Under the pieces are notes generated by a model that was given only the letters and a program-made list of their open reading frames with translations, was not told where the DNA came from and searched no databases. This document shows, piece after piece, positions 17,432 through 17,774 of a stretch of DNA of 17,774 nucleotides. The DNA is from Hormoscilla sp. Its GTDB lineage: Bacteria; Cyanobacteriota; Cyanobacteriia; Cyanobacteriales; Desertifilaceae. Each line of letters starts with the position of its first letter. Within the stretch, counting starts at the first letter, position 1. The stretch is taken from contig JBFRWI010000068.1 in NCBI GenBank assembly GCA_051439505.1, positions 1 to 17,774 on the forward strand, given 5' to 3'. The translations under genes were made by a program, and so were the position numbers.

Positions 17432-17730
17432 ACATACCGGTCCCTAAGCTGGAACAATCGCTCCACCACCGGCAATCATGAGAGCGAATCTTGTGTTTTC
17501 ACCGGCAACTCACCTCGGGCCACAACCATTTTTAGTCACTTGAGCGCCGAATTCGTGAGTTATTACCTACCTTGAGCCGACTAAAACCCGGATTTCAGGA
17601 GAAGCAGCAAGCCTCTCCCAGGGGGTTTCACCGGCGATTTATCCCGAATTTCCACCGCCTCGGGAACTTTTTTCGCTTTTTTTCAGAAAAATTTTAGCGG
17701 CTCAAACCCTTACCCAGAAAGCATTTCAGA
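17432..17730 (-). pseudogene. Degenerate copy C of the nadC 5' end plus upstream motif
   Basis: 17432-17676 aligns without gaps to 16656-16900 (offset 776), 174/245 identical by hand count. The ATG is changed to ATT and there is an in-frame TAG. Translation LPVVERLFQLRDRYV versus nadC LPVAERVFQLLDRDV. Confidence 0.85.
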
Positions 17731-17774
17731 ATTTGGAGAAAAAAAACTTCCCAAAAAACTTGAAATTGGGGTTG
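17731..17774 (+). promoter_or_regulatory. A-tract-rich upstream element of a probable strong promoter continuing past the window
   Basis: A8 (17739-17746), A6 (17753-17758) and aaatt tracts, ending in ggggTTG, which could be the first half of a -35 box. The remainder is outside the window. Confidence 0.4.

Noticed and set aside
17082..17475. ORFs 17082-17312 and 17278-17475 as real genes
   Set aside because: They are chimeric readings of degenerate nadC fragments.
16971..17730. Diversity-generating retroelement template/variable repeat pair with nadC
   Set aside because: Mismatches involve all bases rather than template adenines, they affect the 5' end of a housekeeping gene, and no reverse transcriptase is present.

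Overview
Cyanobacterial chromosomal window (at least 17 HIP1 GCGATCGC sites). Left: a PfkB sugar kinase and rsmI head-to-head, a LapA-like membrane protein, and a minus-strand cluster (Npun_F0813-like protein, two tandem paralogous membrane proteins, HTH/acidic protein). Middle: a Ser/Thr kinase-NACHT-transmembrane gene followed by an FHA-GAF-class III cyclase. Next comes an accessory patch with an ISL3 remnant, a 250-bp element bounded by 13-bp inverted repeats, and about 15.7 tandem copies of a 22-bp unit. Right: an SLH/OprB porin, argS and nadC. The most unusual feature is the 760 bp upstream of nadC, which is made of three degenerate tandem copies of the nadC 5' end and its upstream motif. 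It runs into an A-tract-rich, promoter-like window end. Intergenic gaps carry small palindromic repeats, some nested in one another. All counts and alignments were done by hand.
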